A program made the position numbers and the translations under genes. Below are positions 39,985-54,329 of a stretch of DNA of 64,000 nucleotides, in pieces. The notes beneath the pieces were generated by a model. It saw only the letters and a list, made by a program, of their open reading frames with translations. It was not told the DNA's origin and did no database searches. Every line of letters starts with the position of its first letter. Positions within the stretch are counted from its first letter, which is position 1. Source of the stretch: Octopus vulgaris (Eukaryota); assembly GCA_951406725.2 (NCBI GenBank), contig OX597819.1:72416001-72480000 (forward strand), read 5' to 3'.

Positions 39985-40530
39985 AATTTAAATGAGAGGG
40001 GGCTAGTCGATTGTAACGACCCCAACACTCAACTGGTACTTAATTTATCGACCCCGAAAGGATGAACGGCAAAGTCGACCTCGGTGGAATTTGAACTCAG
40101 AACGTAAAGACAGACAGAATACCGCTAAGCATTTCGCCCGGTTGTCTAACTTTAATATTGGTTTTAAAATTTGGTGCAAGGCCAACAATTTCTGGACAGG
40201 GGTAAGTCGATTAGATTGACCACAGTACTCAGCTGGTTCTTATTTTATCGACGAAATGCCGCAAAGCAGTTTTTCGGCTTGCTAGCGATTCTGCTAGCAT
40301 GCTTCCATAACATTAATTCTTCTTTCTACTATAGGCACAAGGCCACCAATTTCAGAGGAGGGGGTAAGTTGATTATATCAACACCAGTGCTCAACTGGTA
40401 CTTAGTTTATTGCTTTGGAAAAGATGAAAGGCAAAGTCGACCTCGGTGGGATTTGAACTCAGAACGTAAAAACGGACGAAATGCCGCTAAGCATCTCGCC
40501 CAGCATGCTAACGATTCTATACCAGCTCAT
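39985..40530 (-). mobile_element. Cluster of Meta-like SINE copies
   Basis: Repeated GATGAAAGGCAAAGTCGACCTCGGTGG(A/G)ATTTGAACTCAGAACG segments. Confidence 0.8.
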
Positions 40531-40761
40531 CGCATCCGATCTAGCTTTTATATTAAAGTGCAAACGATTAATTTGGTGGGGGGTGTAAATAATCTGTTAC
40601 GATAGTAGAGTGTGTGTGTGTGTGAGAGAGAGAGGGGGGGGAAGCAGAAAGAGAGCGATTCAAATAATCGCTAATAGAACGCACACATACACATACGAAC
40701 GTTATTCACGCATACACACACACACACACACACACACAGGATAATTAGCAGTATGTGTGTC

Positions 40762-40817
<56 letters not shown>

Positions 40818-40918
40818 CGGTATGTGTATATGTACACCATCAGCGTTCGTGCGTAGGAGAACTAAAAGAGGATTTTTATGAAAATTATTCATCTTCAAGT
40901 TTTTAAATGTGTAGTGAA

Positions 40919-40950
<32 letters not shown>

Positions 40951-40980
40951 TTGTTATATATACATAAATACGGACGTAGT

Positions 40981-42115
40981 AGATAACAGCTAGCCTTCGG
41001 CTGCCCTTTTGGACCCTGTTGTGTCCACTACTCTGATTGGTTGGTATTGGCGCAATTTGTCTCTTGCTCTATTGCACGCCAATGTGCAACCCAACCAATC
41101 TCAGCCTTCTGATAAGGTCACGTGAGACAGTCTCTTCTGGGCCTCACTTTGCGCCGATTGGCCCCCTATAAAATGCTAGTGTTAGAATACGACCGTACGG
41201 GAGGAGTTTGGTGACATATTTCTCCTCTTGTACAGCGCACGGCCGCATCCCAACATAACATATTTTATAAGCCATAATACGTGTTTGTATGCAGTGCCAG
41301 AGTAGATGAATAAAGGACGCCAAAAACCGTTCTACTTTTATAAAGAGAAGATAGATTTTATTCACAGTGTACAAAGTGATTTGTGATTATTAGTGCAGTG
41401 TTGTGTCATAAATGCATGCTTATAATATTTGTGTCTGTGTGTTCGTGTGTGCGGCAGAAGTACAGAATAAGGTGCATGCGAATACAACAGAGCATAAGAG
41501 AAGTCTCAACAATTTGAGTTAAAATGGAGTTATTTTAGTTATTTTACTAGTTCATGTAGTACACGATAATGAGTTCTATAACAAGATTTGAATCTCGGAG
41601 CGGAGATTAGTTGAATCACTTGTTGTGCATATTTTTTTCTTGATATAGATATTCTTTCAGATATATATACTGCAACTGTTTTTCCGTGGTGAGATTTTCA
41701 CACTAACAGCATGAGTTGAATCTGTATTTATCTTGTATTGTAGAAGTTGAAATCTTCGTAGATAGAGACGATGTTGGTGATGACGTTCTGTCTGTCGCTG
41801 GTTTACAATAGCGTCTTCATAGTATGGTTGGCTTGGCTGTCGTCTGCCTTTCGAACTGGAACATGGTTGAGTAAGCTCTGTGTGGTCCCCGACCAAGACC
41901 TTAAAAGGTCTTAAGCCGAAAGACGGTGAATCATCAAATAATCAGCCTATTTATGGAGTTAAGATGACTCAAATGAAAGGTCCTATCCGAAAACCGTGAT
42001 TGGTCAGTTTACACACTGGCGCGAAATAAGTAGAGAGACAGACCGCGTTTACATGCTAACCAATCAGATCAGTGGACACAACAAGGTTAAACTAGCCAAA
42101 GATGTTTGTAATCTC
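40981..42115. mobile_element. About 1.1-kb element with diverged, about 130-bp terminal inverted repeats rich in CCAAT boxes (possibly MULE-like, non-autonomous)
   Basis: Left TGTTGTGTCCACTACTCTGATTGGTT...CCAATC mirrors right GATTGG...AACCAATCAGATCAGTGGACACAACA. No TSD is recognisable. Confidence 0.55.
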
Positions 42116-42888
42116 AAACGAGATCATTCCTAATGTTTTTCTCAAACAGTGAAGATAGCAATGAAGATAGCAATATTGCTACACTAGCTTCAACACCGTA
42201 TTTCGTCTTTGGTTCTAGACCTTCTAAGGTCTAACCACTGACCACAGAGCACCTCTCTACATACACAGCAACACCAGCAACTCGCCAGGTTCTATCTCCT
42301 CACTGTTTGTGAATTACTTCACCATGGTTAACACAAAGTACAACCTGCGAGATCTTCCTGTATCAAGCGACCGGCAGCGGCATAGTGGCCACAACTTCTT
42401 AGACGACATGTGTCTCAACCGGCTCAGCTACTTCGCCTCAACTTCTTGTGTGCTTTATTACGAACTATTGTGTGCTTTACTACGAACTGGTATTTATCTT
42501 CCTTGTGTCTGAACATTCTTCTAACGTCCTGTTATAGACTCTTTCAACGCTCTGCATTTTATGCACATACGTACACATCATGTATACATGACAGCCTGTC
42601 TATTATTGTTATTATTATATATGTACTTATGACGCACACACAGACACACACATTAACACATAAATAAAATCTTCTTTTGACATTCTACCGGTTTTGTCGT
42701 CCTCTTTTCCTGCTGGCACTCATATTCATTTATACCTTTTCGCATATATTGTAATCGACCGTGCGATGTATTAAAGGAGCTATTCATCGTCACCTCTCCT
42801 TCGCACGATCTTTCTTACAAATGCCTAAAATATTCTATTTCGGTAGGTTCATTCATTTGTTAACTTTTTTCGATTTCTTTCATTTTTA

Positions 42889-42949
<61 letters not shown>

Positions 42950-43174
42950 TGTATGTATGTATGTATATACAATCGCAGCATGGAAGGTGTTTATAAGCCA
43001 TTTAAAAACACAAAAAAAACGTTTTCCGTGCTGCAGCACGGAATTTTGTCAGTGAACAGGTCGCAATTTCAAAGCGACGAAAATATTTTGACAAATTAAA
43101 TTTAAATGTTGAAGTTAATCTAACGGTTTTTGTTTTCCTCTGTCTTCCCTTCTTTGGATCTTTCCTTTTCCTAT

Positions 43175-43209
43175 GTTTCTGACGAAGAGCTCCGCTCGAA
43201 ACGTAAAAC
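43175..43209 (+). ncRNA. Minimal type-I hammerhead ribozyme motif in a Penelope-like pLTR-type repeat (about 43130-43315)
   Basis: GUUU-CUGACGA(A)-GAGC[UCC]GCUC-GAAAC-GUA-AAAC. Stem I is GUUU/AAAC, stem II is GAGC/GCUC, and stem III is the palindromic ACGU. Confidence 0.65.
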
Positions 43210-43314
43210 TCTTCTTCTTCCCTTCCTTCCTGAGCGTCCAATAATACTATACTTGTTCCACGTCCTCGCGTTGTTGTGTTTTCTCTTTGTGTTTTCATGT
43301 TTGGATTAACTTTG

Positions 43315-43351
<37 letters not shown>

Positions 43352-43808
43352 CCAGTGGGGGTGAGAGAGTAGGACTATTGGCGACAATCCATGCTTCTTA
43401 ATCGCTTAATATGGTGTTTTATCTTTACAACCTTCTTGAATAGACATTTTTCTTATTTTAATTTGATTTTATACGAGCATGCATAATCCTTGACCACGGG
43501 CCTGAAATATAAACTATTTAAGATAGCAACTCCGAAAATAAGTAGTTTTGAACAAGTTGCCTTCTGTGTTTCTGAGCCATTTCCTTTATAATAAATTCTA
43601 TTGTAATAGCTCAAAATTTCATCTTAATTGTTGGTGAAATAATCATCTCTGTTTCTGCCTAACTTGCTTATATGCTTAAAATTTACCTGAAGATGGTGGG
43701 GCTTTTTTTTGTCATGATGTAATTTAAGAATGCATCGGTAAAATGCTGGCGAAACAGCTGTCGTGAATTTTGAACTCAGTTGTGTTCTAATATATATACA
43801 TACATACG

Positions 43809-43840
<32 letters not shown>

Positions 43841-44020
43841 TGTATGTATGTATGTATGTATGTGGCAATAAAAAACACCATCCGAGCGTGGCCGTCTGCC
43901 ATGTCTGGCACCTGTGTCGGTGGCACATAAAATCACCCACTACACCTCGGAGTGGTTGGCGTTAGGAAGGGCATCCAGTATGCCAGATTGACTGGCCTAT
44001 ATTGAACCGTCCAACCCATG

Positions 44021-44077
<57 letters not shown>

Positions 44078-44150
44078 GTACTGATAAAAAAGTATTCCAT
44101 TTGGTGAGAGATAAATATTATTTATTTAAGGTCACAATACATGTATTAAA

Positions 44151-44203
44151 GCGCTACTAATAGTTTCATACGTTGAAAGAACTCAAACATATACTTCAGG
44201 CGC
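44151..44203 (-). ncRNA. Hammerhead-like motif (A9U variant) in a short element flanked by (TA)n
   Basis: Minus strand reads GCGC-CUGAAGU-AUAUGUU[UGAGUUCUUUC]AACGUAU-GAAAC[UAUUA]GUA-GCGC. All three stems can form. Confidence 0.45.
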
Positions 44204-44217
44204 AAACCACATACTAT

Positions 44218-44280
<63 letters not shown>

Positions 44281-44282
44281 GG

Positions 44283-44610
44283 GACTGGGACCCCATTCGG
44301 TCACGACACTGACCATGGGATTGCACCTAGAAAGTTACCCTCCTAGTCACAAGTCTGGGCAATGTGGTTTTATGGAAGACCAGTAGTCGCCCATGCATAC
44401 CGGCCTCCCCTCTCCACGCCACCAGTGTTATCCAAGGGAAAGGCAAAGGCCGATACAGCTTGGCACCCGTGGCGTCGCAACTCATTTCTACAGCTGAGTG
44501 AACTGGAGCAACGTGAAATAAAGTGTCTTGCTCAAGAACACAACACGCAGCCCGGTCCGGGATTCGAGCTCACAACCTCACGATCGTAAACTCGACGCTC
44601 TAACCACTGA

Positions 44611-44614
<4 letters not shown>
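44283..44614 (-). mobile_element. tRNA-derived SINE family D within a (TA)n tract
   Basis: TGGCTCAGTGGTTAGAGCG A box and GCTCGAATCCCGG B box. Colinear with 37868-38200. Confidence 0.85.
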
Positions 44615-44699
<85 letters not shown>

Positions 44700-45189
44700 A
44701 GTGCGAGGAGATCCAGGAATCCAAACCGTTGCCTGTGGCAGCACTCCAGCAAACACCGGCTATCAGAATGTGTAGGAAGGATCGTTTCTGCAGTAGAAAC
44801 ATTTTCCAGAGACCGGAAAGTCGGAGATTTGCCTTATACCTCACGGAGCATAAAATAACTGTGTAAAATAGAGGTGTTTGTTCCATGGTTTACGACTGGG
44901 TGACAAATCATAAAGTGTGTTTGAAAACATGGCCATGAGCAATGACACTTTTATATCGATTATATGATATTGATGTAATATTCACAAATGTTACGACTAG
45001 ATGATTATGGATCTCTCATAATATAAATATGACGGTGACGTTGCTTTCTTCTACGCCTCCATGCGTGTTATGTGATTTGTCACCCACACATTATAAGAGA
45101 ACAGCTGTAAACCTTTGACTCAACGTGATATCAACAATCCCATTTCACTTGTTTTGTGTGAGTGTGCGCACGTGTGAAGGTGCGGTTTA

Positions 45190-45470
45190 ATGATTGGGCG
45201 TGTAACACCCATGATCTTGAGATCATGGTTTCGATTCCAAAACCAAGCGGTATGTTATGTTCTTCAGCAAAACACTTCATTTCACGTTGTTTCAGCCCAT
45301 ACTCACCTATAAATGGGTAACCCTGCAACGGATTAGCCTTCCGATCAAGGGGAAATGTTGAACTGCTCACCCAGCCAACGGGGTGGCACCATTCGAAAGC
45401 TAAACTCATGTAAAGCGCATTGGGACCAGCGATGTATAACAAACATCTGATAGTTTGGTCGATCACGTGA
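45190..45470 (+). mobile_element. tRNA-derived SINE related to family D
   Basis: GGTTTCGATTCC B-box followed by TGTTCTTCAGCAAAACACTTCATTTCACGTTG. Similar heads occur at 56215, 62680 and 63385. Confidence 0.65.
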
Positions 45471-46071
45471 TAGATAGATAGATAAAACTTACTTTGGAAA
45501 GGAAGCGTGGCGTACGATCATATAGTAATATAAATAATATATAAGTATATGCATATATACGTACGTATATGTACATACCTACATATATATGTATATATAC
45601 ATGCATATATGGGTACAGGACATAAAAAAACCCTAGACACAATGAGAAACGAAAACATAGAAAACGAACTTTTTTCGAACAACGAAGAAAAAAAACAGAG
45701 AAACAAGGCATGCAACATATAGAATATTCCCCTTCTTCAGTTGTTCCTGTTTCATCTACTCTGCGGTTCGAAGGTAAGGACAAGACGCGACTTCATTATA
45801 ACAATCCATCCCGCAAAACAAATTAAATAAAATTTGGGATTTTTTGCAGAGGGTGAAAGTGGTAACAAAAACAAGACAGTGAGAACAAGACAATAAAAAC
45901 AAACGGCGAGGGCTGTTAAGCTAAGTCGATGTGAAGTGGTGAACGCTAGAAAAACGAAGTTTGAGAAGAGACACGCAAAAGCACGTCTTGTCTTTCGGAA
46001 GGAAGTGGAAGAAAGAAAGATAGATGGCCTTTCGTCACGAGTCAGCAACGAGAGAGTCAAGGAGGAAGAGT

Positions 46072-46106
<35 letters not shown>

Positions 46107-46959
46107 GTGAAGGGGAGAGGACAAGAATAGGGAAAGGGTGGGGGAGAAAAACAGAAGGAAGACGAACAAGAGAGGGTGATAGATAGACAGAGAAGAGATA
46201 GAATAAGAGTGCGCATCGTAATTATTAAGATAAAACTTACTTGGAAAAGGATGCGTGGCGTTCGAGAGAATGTTCTTTATGTTGCATGTCTCGTTTCTCT
46301 GTTTGTTTGGGGGAGTTTTTTCCGTTGTTCGAAAGGAGCATTTGAGAATAGAACGTAAAATATCGAAAGAAATACCGCACAACATTGTGTCTGGTGGGTA
46401 ACGATTCAGCCGGCTCGCCATATTCGACCCGGGAATCATTCAGCGAAAAGTTTACCTTACGATGATGGATAGAAAGAACAGATAAAGCTATCGTATAAAA
46501 TATGTTGGGGGCCTTTGTGTTTGTAGTTCGAATCTTGGTGAGGTCGCACCGTCTTGTATCAATAAAACTAAGTACTAGGTTCGTTCGGAATTTAAATGTC
46601 GGTGAGGCCAAATTTATTTTTCATCCTGCTGGGTCGATAAAATTAAGAACTTGGATAGATCCATACAATTGTCCCCGCCAACACAATATATAACAATGTC
46701 TTCATGTTAAAAATCGATATTACAAAGCCGTTGTCAATAAATTACTAATATAATTCTGAATGGAGTTTGTGATTATAATGAAGAGATCATGTATATTTGA
46801 AATGTAGGTTTATTGATGCGCTTTATTGATCAGGCGTTCGATGAAGCATTGATGAAGCTAATGCTTTCGGCCGGCTTGGCGCATTCCAAGAATGGATGTT
46901 GGAATACTGCCATTCATGTGGAATATTTCATCTTTCCAAAGACTGATTTGAACGCACAC

Positions 46960-47067
46960 ATACACACACGTGTGTTTATGTTTATATATTATACATGTAT
47001 TTATATACATATACATTTATGTATGTGAATAGTGTATATATACACACACATATTTGTATTATACAAG

Positions 47068-47156
<89 letters not shown>

Positions 47157-47160
47157 CTGG

Positions 47161-47195
<35 letters not shown>

Positions 47196-47879
47196 TGTAT
47201 ATATGTATATTGATATGCATGTTTATATGTATATATGTATGTATATATATGTATGCATGTATATATGTGTGTATGTATATATATATATATGTGTGTGTGT
47301 GTGTATGTTTATATATATATATTTGGAATAAAGTCATGAAATAATAAAATAGCTTCTAATGAATATTTTATGAGGAAATAATGTCATGTTTTATGAAATA
47401 ATATTTTCGTGAAACGATAAGATAAAATAGGATATCACTTAGCTTGGATTTATGTGTGTACGTGTGTAGGTATGTGTGTGTGTTTGTATGTATATATGCA
47501 TATGTGTGAGTAGATATATATATGTATACCCATGTATATATGTATGTATGTGTGTGTGCATGTATGTGTGTATGTGTCTGAATGTATCTACGTATGTGTC
47601 AGTATGTATGTACGTATGTATGAATATATGTGTGTGAATATGTATTGTGTATGTGTATGTGTATATGTGTATTTGTGTATGTGTGTGTATGTGTATGTGT
47701 ATACGTGTATGTGTATGTGTATGCATATATAGTGCAGCAAGGGGAATTAATTTGCACTCATATAGTGGATATACATGGAACATTTTGCACACAGATATGT
47801 GTTGCTTCATTGCTGTGTGTTGGGTGTGTGCGTGTGTGCGTGTGTGCGTTCGTGCGTGCGTGCGTGCGTGTGTGTGTGT

Positions 47880-47926
<47 letters not shown>

Positions 47927-47935
47927 CGCGCGTTA
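46960..47935. repeat. Compound (TA)n/(TG)n/(TATG)n microsatellite region
   Basis: Direct inspection. Confidence 0.9.
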
Positions 47936-48092
47936 TGAAACCTCGGCTACAGAATCCCTAAAATGCTTTACGAATTTTTTCCGAACCGTTAATGAACAGT
48001 ATTTGGAGGAAGCGAATCGGTCCACTTGATTTCTGAGTTCCTGGGTCAGAGGAAAACCTGTAGCCTTGATATCAGAAATCCATCATGTATTC

Positions 48093-48135
<43 letters not shown>

Positions 48136-48182
48136 TATATATATATATGTATGTATGTATGTATGTATGCATGTATATATGA

Positions 48183-48267
<85 letters not shown>

Positions 48268-48347
48268 TTTTAATATAGGGTAAAATCAATAATTTTAGCA
48301 GGTGGTCAGTGCAGAAATAAAAACCTCAGTAGGTACATTTTTATAAA

Positions 48348-48809
48348 AATATTCTATACTTATATACATAATTATAACAAGGGTTTGGCTTTACGCCTCG
48401 CCACGCAACTGCTAGAAATAGGAGCTAAAGCTGCTATTACCACCTTAAGATCTCCGAGAAATAACACACTTTTTTGCAGGTAAGCAAAAGAAAAATAAGG
48501 AATACACAAGGTTGGTCAACTCGGTACCCGAATCGGATTTCAAGCTCAAAGTAAAATTAAAATATTTCACTTACTGCTATCATCAGTGGAAGTACTCCAT
48601 GAGATAAATTTTGAAACACCCGAAAATTTATCTCATGGTACAGAGTTGACCAACCTTGTGTATTCCTTATTTTTCTTTTGCTTACCTGCAAAAAAGTGTT
48701 ATTTCTCGGAGATCTTAAGGTGGTAATAGAAGCATTAGCTCCTATTTCTAGCAGTTGCGTGGTGAGGCGTAAAGCCAAACCCTTGTTATAATTATGTATA
48801 TAATTATAG

Positions 48810-48815
<6 letters not shown>
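48348..48815. repeat. Long inverted repeat (about 180-bp arms, about 108-bp spacer with an internal 16-bp hairpin)
   Basis: 48348-48528 is a near-exact reverse complement of 48637-48815. The spacer contains CCATGAGATAAATTTT-GAAACACCCG-AAAATTTATCTCATGG. Confidence 0.92.
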
Positions 48816-48866
<51 letters not shown>

Positions 48867-48867
<1 letters not shown>

Positions 48868-49074
48868 GACGGAGTGATGAAAAGTTCCTGGCTCTGGGTA
48901 AAAGAAAATACAGGAGGATCAATCAGTTGATTATGATTTTATGCAACTTATTCTCAGATTCACACATTTATTGCAGCGGTCCTTCAGTTTTTCTATGTTC
49001 TGTAAAAGAACTTAGAAGTTCAGGTCTCCAACCAGGCGATACCTTTAAACCCAGGAGATTTTCAGCACCCCCTT
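48867..49074. mobile_element. mariner-type MITE
   Basis: TA|CGACGGAGTGATGAAAAGTTCCTGGCT...AAACCCAGGAGATTTTCAGCACCCCCTT; imperfect TIRs at a TA target. Confidence 0.7.
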
Positions 49075-49080
49075 ATGTAA

Positions 49081-49129
<49 letters not shown>

Positions 49130-49255
49130 CACGTACGGTAATATGCATACCAGTTAATATACACATACGCAACAGACTTGCACATCGATGGATTCATACA
49201 GCAGGCATACACACACAAACACACACAAACACACACACACACACACACATTCACA

Positions 49256-49306
<51 letters not shown>

Positions 49307-49919
49307 CCTCACCAGTGATTGATAATGTCACTTAAGTTTTTCACAAATATTATCCAGACAGCGAAATGCCACATCCTGTCCGGCCATTCCGTCCAAGGTG
49401 GATCTCTATTTTGACGTACTTGATGTCGCTGATATTTCAAATTTATTTGTAACAACGCCATGCGATCCGTCTTGATCAGTAGCAGCCAAATTTCCGGTAA
49501 CCATCTTGATTTCCATCTCTGCATCCGGTCGACTTACGAAGAGCCGCCGAAGCTTAGTTGCATGGGCCCGAATCAAACTGCTTTTTTCCCCTAAATAACA
49601 ATAATATACATATATACGTGTGTGTGTGTGTGTGTGTAATATATAGACACATGCATGCACGCACATACACGCAAGCGCGGCTTGTCCAAAAATCAATGCA
49701 AAAGTGGACATACCTTTTTTTTTTAAATCAAGTGTTATTGGTTGTTTAGATTCTCCCAGTTGCTGCAGTAACTCTTCCTCTTTGCAGAGGAAGAGTTACA
49801 CGGCAGTCTCCGTCACAAGCTACAGATTACCACTTTCGCTGCTGAACCCATTTCTGGAATCATTTTTGAAAACATTCGCTTGTGCTCTACCGTACCCACT
49901 TCTTCACAGCCATTTTCTT

Positions 49920-50290
49920 CTTATCTGAGTCGTTAAATCGTTGTCTCCGAAGGCTGTCCTTCACTGGACCGAACAGGTGGAAATCAGAGAGCCCCGGATC
50001 CTGGCAGTGAGGTGAAAGTGAAACCAATGACCAGCCCAATTACACAAGGGCTTGATTTGTTGCTACGTATACGTGTGGCTGCGCTTGTCATTATGTATTT
50101 GGAATGTTATTCGGTCCTTTGCTTTTCATGTTTCATCAAAGCTCTTTTAGTGTCTCAATGTAACGCTTGCTGTCCACGGTACAGTCACGGTTCAGTGAAT
50201 CAAGGATAATGATGCCATTGTCATCTCACAAAACAATTACCATGACTTCCTGTACTGATTGGTGGTACTTGAACTTCTAAGGCCTTGGAG
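49920..50290 (-). pseudogene. mariner (DD34D-type) transposase fragment
   Basis: Broken frames give KVMV..CEM/DDNGIIILDSLNRDCTVDSKRYIETL and SPHCQDPGLSDFHLFGPVKDSLRRQRFND, which resembles YSPDLAPSDFHLFGPLK. Confidence 0.75.
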
Positions 50291-51589
50291 AAGAGGTGTC
50301 ATGAAGTTCTTTTATATCCTGGTGTTGGATATACAATTTAACGAAGCAGAGGAGAAAAAAGTATTTACACTACGCAATACGCTTACTATTACATATGACA
50401 CAATGCCTTCAATCAACGGCTCACAGTGAACTGCTTACCAATCCGAACTGCCAATCGCTCACAGTTCTTTATTTTATAACAATGAGTCAGTCCACCTTTA
50501 GTCGCTTGTGAGGTGGTAGGAATCCTTCCGCAACATCTCCCCTTTTTAGAATTAGTCTCCCCTGACTTCTCCCTTTTTGAGAATTAAACTCCGCTTAGAG
50601 TTTTAATCTCTCTTACGCTTGGGGTTCAATTCTAGTGTTTCTGTTCTTTTTCTGTTTTCTGGTGCTAGAGTGTATAGTTTCAAATTATTTGGGTGTTGGT
50701 ACCTCAAACGTGTCATACAATACTTCCATGGGGATTTTATTTCTCAGGGCTGTTTTTCCGTGAATATTTTTCTAGGTTAGTTAATATGTCTTTTATGTTC
50801 GACATTTTTTACTTTTACTTGTCCATTTGACCATGTGGTCAGAGCGACGAAACCGTCCTACATGCACTCGTACAGTGTCCAACCATTTCCGACCTGTGGG
50901 CCTATGTCGAACGACTGCTACCGCGTATGGGACGAGTCAGTTTATCAACTGAGTCTATCGTGAATATTGTCACGCCTCTTTCCTTGAAACGGGAAGGGAG
51001 AGCCATTTTCATCGTACTTGTGGCTATGGCGAAAGAATGTATATGGTGGACGCGTCTGAAAGGTCTCGAGACAAACACTTTCCTCTCTGGTCAAAAAGAA
51101 TAGAGAGGGAAGTTTTGTCTGGTGAATGCTTAAAAAAAGATGGGTGAATGTAGCAAGGATAGCACGGATGAATGACGAAGCCACCTTGAGCATAATCCTA
51201 TGAACCAAAAGGAAAAACGAAAGAAGAAAAGGGAGTCACTTACTGTAATGTTTTCTTTTTGCATGACACTATCGCCCAAGGTTCCCGTGGTCTTTTCCGC
51301 AGGCTTTTCTATCCACGGACAAACCTAATCTGTTTTCCCTTTTTACATTGACATTTCTGTGATACACGACCCCTATTGATCATCCCCACCCTTTTTTTCC
51401 CTCACGATCCCTTTTGATTGGAATCCGACCCATTTTTTTCCTTCTCTTCTTCCCAAAAAGAAAAGCTCTACTTTGTATTTTGTCCCTTCTGTGTTCAGCC
51501 CTGCGTGGTCAATAAAGAAATCTATCTTTAGTGCGTGAAAATGAATGACACGTAAGAAGAGAAAGCAGAAACTGATATATATACATGCA

Positions 51590-52620
<1,031 letters not shown>

Positions 52621-53550
52621 AGTAAAGAATAATAGTAAATTTGAAGACAAAGAGTATTAGAGAATAAATTATTAATTACAATTCTCGACACGAATAGAAG
52701 ACAGACCACTTTGGTAGTTGTGGTGGTGGCGGCGTCGGCGTCGGAGGCGACAAAGGTGTGGTTGAGAGTGAACCACAGCAATGGTGTGTGTGTGTGTGTG
52801 TGTTTAGTTGAAACAGAGACCCCTACCAGTCACTGCCGATCAGACTGTTTATGTCTTTTAATAATAAAAGAATCAGCGATCTGACATAATCTGCGGCGGT
52901 GAAACCAGTTTAACTTATTCAGCATTTATCGTACCAAACATTCCCAGGATTAAACTAGGCATGGATAACTTTTATCGAGAAGCAGGCCGCATGAGACATG
53001 GCTCGTCACCAGGAGGGCGGCACTACAAAGAAAAAGATCCAAGTTTTCGTCAGGTGTACCTATCAGAAATGTCCTCGGGCCGCTGTTTGCCAACTGTATT
53101 AAACCTTCGCGCGGTGTAGGCCAGCTGTGAGGCACCGTCTTGCAGAATTTTTGGTCGAACAAGCACTCAATAACTGCTACACACAGGCGTTTTCACACAC
53201 ACCCTCACACACATATACACATACACACATACCTGATAGCCTCACACACGTGCTATACACAGCCTCTCACACTCTCACACATACACACACATAAATACAC
53301 AAATCGCACTGGTTTACTTATACACATACACACACAGACTCACACGCGCTCGCCCCCATTCACACATATACACTCACACACACCATTCACACATACATAC
53401 ACGCGCTTGCGCACCCCAACTCAGTCAAGTCACCGTTATCTCCCTTTCACTCAGCCTTTTTCTTCTGGTCAGTTCATTATGCTAAACCATTAATCCCGAC
53501 ACATTTTTCTCTCTTCGTATTTTTCTTTCTCGCTCCATTTTTTTCTTATT

Positions 53551-53588
53551 GTTTTCTGACAAAGAGCGTTTGCTCGAAACGTCAAAGA
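53551..53588 (+). ncRNA. Degenerate hammerhead motif (G8A) of the same family as 43175
   Basis: GUUUU-CUGACAAA-GAGC[GUUU]GCUC-GAAAC-GUC-AAAG, followed by the same TTCCTGAGC...AATAC context. Confidence 0.5.
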
Positions 53589-54228
53589 CTTTTCCATTCT
53601 TCCTGAGCATCAAACTAATACGCTTTCTTGTAGTTCCCTCAACTTGACTTTGTCTTTTGTTTTCTGTTATCAGCTTCATCTGTTTTGTTATTTGAACCAT
53701 GTGTGTGTGTATATTCGTCGGTCTTCCACATAATTTTCCTCTACCGAACTCACTCACAAGATATTAGTTGACTTGGGGCTATAGTAAAAGACATTTGCCC
53801 AAGGTGCCGTGCAGTGGATCTGAGCCCGAAACCATGCGGTTGCAAAACGAGTTTCTTAACCACACAATCAGTCCTACCTTGTGTCTTTTTTGTTATGTCT
53901 TTTCTCCCCCACCCCCAAGTCAAATTCACCGCATTGGCGTTAATTTACCTGTTGTAGAGAAAAGTGTTGTCCAAATTAAGTTATGCGTAAGTTTTTGGTT
54001 GAAGCCAGGTGGTTATTGGATTTGTTTATTTATTTATTTTACATCGACAGACAGGCCGGATTAATCTGTACATGTATACAATTTTAGACACACCTGTAGA
54101 CATACAAATGGATTTACAATTATAAATATAAACAGACATCTACCCACTCCTACACACACATACTCACACACACACATACATACACACATAGATAGATAGG
54201 TAGATAGATACATACATACATACATACA

Positions 54229-54259
<31 letters not shown>

Positions 54260-54329
54260 GCTTGCATACGTTCACAAGTACACACACACGAACATATATA
54301 TATATTATATACACACACACACACACATA

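Noticed and set aside
48551-48595. CUGAUGA...GAAA on the minus strand in the foldback spacer
   Set aside because: Stem II is only 2 bp and no stem I partner exists.
49310-49600. Coding-looking CpG-rich fragment (possible transposon helicase piece)
   Set aside because: No motif could be assigned with confidence, and it contains stops.
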